Shown here: positions 25,735-28,635 of the stretch, piece after piece
How positions within the stretch are numbered: position 1 is the stretch's first letter
How the letters are laid out: each line of letters begins with the position of its first letter
Virus record (IMG/VR): IMGVR_UViG_3300033067_000584
Coordinates: 1 to 28,635 of that record
DNA length: 28,635 nt
Source of the DNA: a virus
Taxonomy: Duplodnaviria; Caudoviricetes
Direction: 5' to 3' (one strand)
The notes under the pieces: model-generated
What the model saw: the letters and a program-made list of their open reading frames with translations, nothing else
What the model was told of the DNA's origin: nothing
Databases searched by the model: none
Made by a program: the position numbers and the translations under genes

Positions 25735-25794
25735 GGAGAACGCTGCCGGTAACCGGCCGCCGTCAGGCGGTCCCGGTTGACCGGCTTGTTAGGC
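25735..25794 (-). repeat. attC site 1 (60 bp)
   Basis: Minus strand: GCCTAAC AAGCC GGTCAACC GGGACCGCC TGAC GGCGGCC GGTTACC GGCAGC GTTCTCC. Confidence 0.85.
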
Positions 25795-25819
25795 GCGTTT
25801 CGGTGTTACACAAAAGCGC

Positions 25820-25848
25820 TTGCATGATTGCCATTGCGGTATTACATT
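25820..25848 (+). promoter_or_regulatory. cassette-internal promoter
   Basis: TTGCAT, 17-nt spacer, TACATT in an AT-rich patch; GT(G/A)TTACA repeats at 25803 and 25839. Confidence 0.6.
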
Positions 25849-25892
25849 AACACCACTGCAACACAACGCGCAGCAATCAACCGGAGAAAACC

Positions 25893-26198
25893 ATGACCGC
25901 CAATACTGTCACCACCCTGCTGACTGCCAAGGGCTTCGGCCCCCGGCTTACGTTCGGCGGCTTCGCCGCCGCCGTCTGGCTGGCCGAGGCGGTCACCCAG
26001 ACCGTCAGCTCGCCGATCCGGCGGGCACAATTTGTCGCCGCCGCCGCAGAAGACCTCGCACGCCTTGACTACCAGCCTTTCGAGTGGCTGGAAGACGAGG
26101 CCAAGGGCCTCGCTGAGGTGGCCGAGGCCCAGAGGCCGACGCCGTGCGGTAGCACGGAGCTTTGGGGCAGCTTGCTCCAAAGGATGGGGCCGGCGTAA
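25893..26198 (+). CDS. cassette A gene 1, hypothetical (101 aa)
   Basis: GGAG RBS; TAATG coupling to the next gene. Confidence 0.65.
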   Translation: MTANTVTTLLTAKGFGPRLTFGGFAAAVWLAEAVTQTVSSPIRRAQFVAAAAEDLARLDYQPFEWLEDEAKGLAEVAEAQRPTPCGSTELWGSLLQRMGPA

Positions 26199-26359
26199 TG
26201 CCGGCCGGCAAGAGGCTTGGCCGCCCGGCCCTGCCGCCCGGCGAGAAGCTAGTGGTGGTGCCGGTGCGGCTAACCAAGGAGCAAAAAGCCAAGTTGCAGC
26301 GCATCGGCGTGCAGCGGCTGCGCGAGTGGCTTGACCGTGTGCGCGAGCCAAGCGCCTAA
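26198..26359 (+). CDS. cassette A gene 2, RHH/BrnA-like DNA-binding protein (53 aa)
   Basis: GRPALPPGEKLVVVPVRLTKEQKAKLQRIG...LREWLD; stop is the TAA of GCCTAAC. Confidence 0.65.
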   Translation: MPAGKRLGRPALPPGEKLVVVPVRLTKEQKAKLQRIGVQRLREWLDRVREPSA

Positions 26360-26421
26360 CGCTTGAGCTAAGGCGCAGGCCCGGTACTCCGGGACTGTCG
26401 CCCTTGAGCGAAGTGTTAGGC
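26354..26421 (-). repeat. attC site 2 (68 bp)
   Basis: Minus strand: GCCTAAC ACTTC GCTCAAGG GCGACAGTCCCGG AGTA CCGGGCCTGCG CCTTAGC TCAAGC GTTAGGC. Confidence 0.92.
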
Positions 26422-26448
26422 ATCAGTGGCGAACGAAGGGAAAGAAGC

Positions 26449-26859
26449 ATGCGAACAGCGATGAGGCCGCGCTACTACTGCGACCACTGCAACAAGGGTA
26501 ACGGATCGCCCAGCGCCATGCGCCGCCATGAGCGCGGCTGCACGCTGAACCCGCAGCGCGTGTGCGGCATGTGCAAGATGCTGGCCGACGAAGGCGGGCC
26601 AGAGCCGGCGCCGCCGCGCGATGAGTTGGTGCGGATCATGGACGCCGAAGGCTTCGCGGCCATGTGCAAGGCGGCCGAACACTGCCCGGCCTGCATCCTG
26701 GCCGCGCTGCGAACCAAGAACTTCAAGGGCGACGCGGAGAGCCCGCCCGGTGTGCTTGGCCCGGAGGATGGGCGTGAGTCGTGGAGTTACAAGCAAGCAA
26801 AGCAGGCATGGTGGGACGCCTGGAATAGCAGCGCGTATGAGCGCGAGCGGCCTTACTGA
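26449..26859 (+). CDS. cassette B gene, Cys/His-rich Zn-finger protein (136 aa)
   Basis: ATG 26449; YYCDHC...RHE..C..NP.R.C.MC...CPACILAALR. Confidence 0.7.
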   Translation: MRTAMRPRYYCDHCNKGNGSPSAMRRHERGCTLNPQRVCGMCKMLADEGGPEPAPPRDELVRIMDAEGFAAMCKAAEHCPACILAALRTKNFKGDAESPPGVLGPEDGRESWSYKQAKQAWWDAWNSSAYERERPY

Positions 26860-26860
26860 T

Positions 26861-26926
26861 GCCTAACGCTGCCGGTAAGGCGCCGGCCGCGCCAGCGGAC
26901 GGTCGCCCTTGACCGGCTTGTTAGGC
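26861..26926 (-). repeat. attC site 3 (66 bp)
   Basis: Minus strand: GCCTAAC AAGCC GGTCAAGG GCGACCGTCCGC TGGC GCGGCCGGCG CCTTACC GGCAGC GTTAGGC. Confidence 0.92.
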
Positions 26927-26972
26927 CCTGGCCCCGAAGCGAGATAGTGCAACCGTACTAGGACTAAACAAC

Positions 26973-27368
26973 GTGGATAAGCAAACCGACCTGATTTCGA
27001 GGCTGCAAGACGAGGCCGACTTGTGCCGCAACGACGGCGCAAGCGACATCGCGGCGCTGCTGGACGAGGCGGTGGCAGCACTTCAAGCCCCACGGCCGGA
27101 AGTGGCCGGCGATGGCTCCGAGGCCATGCAACTGTCGTGGGTGCCGCTGAACCGGCGCAACCTTGACTGGCACGCCCACGCCACCGTGCAACTGCGCGCG
27201 ATGCACGTTGCCCTGAGCGCAGCACAGAAGACGCCCCGCGACCCGCTGGAGATTGAAGAACTGTGGGACGAGGCGCACGAACTGCTGGAACAAGGCGGAC
27301 AGCACGACCCCGAAGTGCACGAGTTGTTCGCGCGCCTGATTGAGCGCGCGCATGGGATTGGAGTCTGA
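26973..27368 (+). CDS. cassette C gene 1, phage-type hypothetical protein (131 aa)
   Basis: AGGA RBS with GTG start; LLDEAVAAL and FARLIERAHGIG phage motifs. Confidence 0.65.
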   Translation: MDKQTDLISRLQDEADLCRNDGASDIAALLDEAVAALQAPRPEVAGDGSEAMQLSWVPLNRRNLDWHAHATVQLRAMHVALSAAQKTPRDPLEIEELWDEAHELLEQGGQHDPEVHELFARLIERAHGIGV

Positions 27369-27370
27369 CG

Positions 27371-27694
27371 ATGGCTGACGGAAACATCACGGTCGAGGTG
27401 AGCACCCAGGCAGCGCAGGCCGAGCTGGAGCGGCTGCGCGCCGAGAACTCGGCCCTGAAGCGCGACCTGCAGTACGCCCGGGACGGGCTGACGAATGGGC
27501 GCACCAGGATGCGCGAAGACAACGAGCGGTTGCGGGCGGCGCTGCAGTGGATTGATGGAGCTACTGCCGCGACTCCTGGGCTGACAGACGCAGAGCTTGG
27601 ACGCGCTATGGCTGCGATTGGCAAGAAGGCCCGCGATGCTCTTGGGCCTAACGTTCGAGCTGAACCGGACCCAACAGCGCGAGGAAATACATGA
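27371..27694 (+). CDS. cassette C gene 2, coiled-coil protein (107 aa)
   Basis: GGAG RBS; ELERLRAEN, NERLRAAL; reads on into attC4. Confidence 0.65.
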   Translation: MADGNITVEVSTQAAQAELERLRAENSALKRDLQYARDGLTNGRTRMREDNERLRAALQWIDGATAATPGLTDAELGRAMAAIGKKARDALGPNVRAEPDPTARGNT

Positions 27695-27765
27695 GCACCA
27701 CCGAAGCAAACGAAAACCACGAACGCGGCCCGCTGTTGGGGCTCGGTTCGAGCGAGGGGTTGGGC
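27646..27765 (-). repeat. attC site 4 (120 bp, long loop containing an RBS and ATG)
   Basis: Minus strand: GCCCAAC CCCTC GCTCGAAC CGAGCCCCAACAGCG...CGCTGTTGGGTCCG GTTCAGC TCGAAC GTTAGGC. Confidence 0.9.
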
Positions 27766-28170
27766 GCTGGCGCCGAAGCGCGCTACTGCTACAGCACCGA
27801 TGAGGAAGAGTTCTACGGCGACTTCGACACCCGCGAGGACGCGCTGGCCGAGGCGACGGCAGAACTTGAAGGCCGCGATGAACCGGGAGAGACGCGAAAG
27901 GTCTGGACCGGCGTGCAGAAGCCTGCGATGTACTTCCTGCGCAAGAGCACCGAACACCTGGGCCGCGACTTCGCCGAGCGCATTGACGAATGGCTGGCCG
28001 ACAACATCGCGGCCGAAGAAGAGATTGTTGAAGTCAAGGACCACGCGGCGTTAGGCGCTGCGCTGCTGGACGCGCTGGAGCGGCACGCGACGTTCAACCG
28101 CTGGGCGGTGCACCAGGTGCAGGAACATGAAGCCATCGTGCCCGGCGAACCTGAAGCGCCCAACGCTTAG
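27691..28170 (+). CDS. cassette D gene, acidic phage-type protein (159 aa)
   Basis: GAGG RBS and ATG lie inside attC4; YCYSTDEEEFYGDFDTREDALAEA motif. Confidence 0.7.
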   Translation: MSTTEANENHERGPLLGLGSSEGLGAGAEARYCYSTDEEEFYGDFDTREDALAEATAELEGRDEPGETRKVWTGVQKPAMYFLRKSTEHLGRDFAERIDEWLADNIAAEEEIVEVKDHAALGAALLDALERHATFNRWAVHQVQEHEAIVPGEPEAPNA

Positions 28171-28224
28171 GTGTGGGGCCTGCGCGGCTTTTCGCGCAGG
28201 TCCCACACGACCGACGTGTTCTGC
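28158..28224 (-). repeat. attC site 5 (67 bp)
   Basis: Minus strand: GCAGAAC ACGTC GGTCGTGTGGGA CCTGCGCG AAAAGC CGCGCAGG CCCCACACC TAAGC GTTGGGC. Confidence 0.82.
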
Positions 28225-28241
28225 CTTTTTCGGAGAGAGAT

Positions 28242-28580
28242 ATGGAATGGATTGATGTGGCAACGCTGACGGTGCGGCGCGAGTTCCGGCCTGGCACACG
28301 CAAGAAGTTTGACGGCGAAATTGAGCCGTGTTTCAACCTGCTGCGGGACTGCGGTATCGGATGTACCTGCGAGGCATCGACTTGGTTCCGCGATGGCGTG
28401 CCGACCATCGACGCGGCAGAGAGTAAATGCCTCTGCTTCAACGACCGCAAGAAACAAGGTATCTCCGAAATTAAGGGGACGGGCCGCGCCATCAAGGAAG
28501 GCCCTGACGAATGGATCTACGAGGTTCAGGCGAAGCTCGTGGAAGTAAGGCAGAACGTTGCAATTGAGCCGCGCCGGTAG
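28242..28580 (+). CDS. cassette E gene, Cys-containing hypothetical protein (112 aa)
   Basis: GGAG RBS with ATG 28242; ends inside attC6. Confidence 0.65.
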   Translation: MEWIDVATLTVRREFRPGTRKKFDGEIEPCFNLLRDCGIGCTCEASTWFRDGVPTIDAAESKCLCFNDRKKQGISEIKGTGRAIKEGPDEWIYEVQAKLVEVRQNVAIEPRR

Positions 28581-28606
28581 GCGTCGGCTCGAATTGCGTG
28601 TTGGGC
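28550..28606 (-). repeat. attC site 6 (57 bp)
   Basis: Minus strand: GCCCAAC ACGCA ATTCGAGC CGACGCC TACC GGCGCG GCTCAAT TGCAAC GTTCTGC. Confidence 0.9.
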
Positions 28607-28635
28607 GTCTGTATCCGAAGCGAGAAGGAGTAAGC

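Larger units (their letters stand above)
25735..28635 (-). mobile_element. integron-type gene cassette array (six attC sites, no intI in window), probably continuing past the right edge
   Basis: Six regularly built R''-L''-L'-R' sites separating ORFs; each complete cassette has complementary core-site ends. Confidence 0.85.

Noticed and set aside
25735-28606. Reading the six hairpins as rho-independent terminators or REP elements
   Set aside because: Most lack adjacent U-tracts; conserved AAC/GTT ends, bulged bases and cross-cassette complementarity fit attC instead.
1-28635. intI, phage integrase, lysis genes, tRNA or rRNA
   Set aside because: No tyrosine-recombinase, holin/endolysin or structural RNA signature was recognised in the window.

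Overview
The window is the central part of a high-GC temperate P22-like (short-tailed, lambdoid) phage or prophage; a betaproteobacterial host is an inference. The minus strand reads, right to left: cro, a CII-position RHH gene, a degenerate HNH gene, a DnaB-N/RepA-type helicase followed by an iteron cluster, RuvC-like resolvase, TerS, TerL, Q-like antiterminator, late promoter and terminator, a GNAT gene, portal, scaffold, coat, a decoration protein, gp4-like adaptor, fiber, gp10-like hub and ejection proteins (the last runs off the left edge). The plus strand carries a short CI-like repressor and a pL-type early operon (Erf, Gp157, NinB, many small ORFs). Four 14-bp operators and two near-consensus promoters are readable in the immunity region. 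The standout feature is 25735-28606: six canonical integron attC sites delimit five complete gene cassettes plus the start of a sixth inside the phage early operon. The core-site ends of each cassette are complementary, all attC sites point opposite to the cargo genes, and the array appears to interrupt a phage gene that began MSEWR. No integron integrase, phage integrase or lysis genes are visible in the window. All product calls come from motifs and synteny read by eye; no searches were run.
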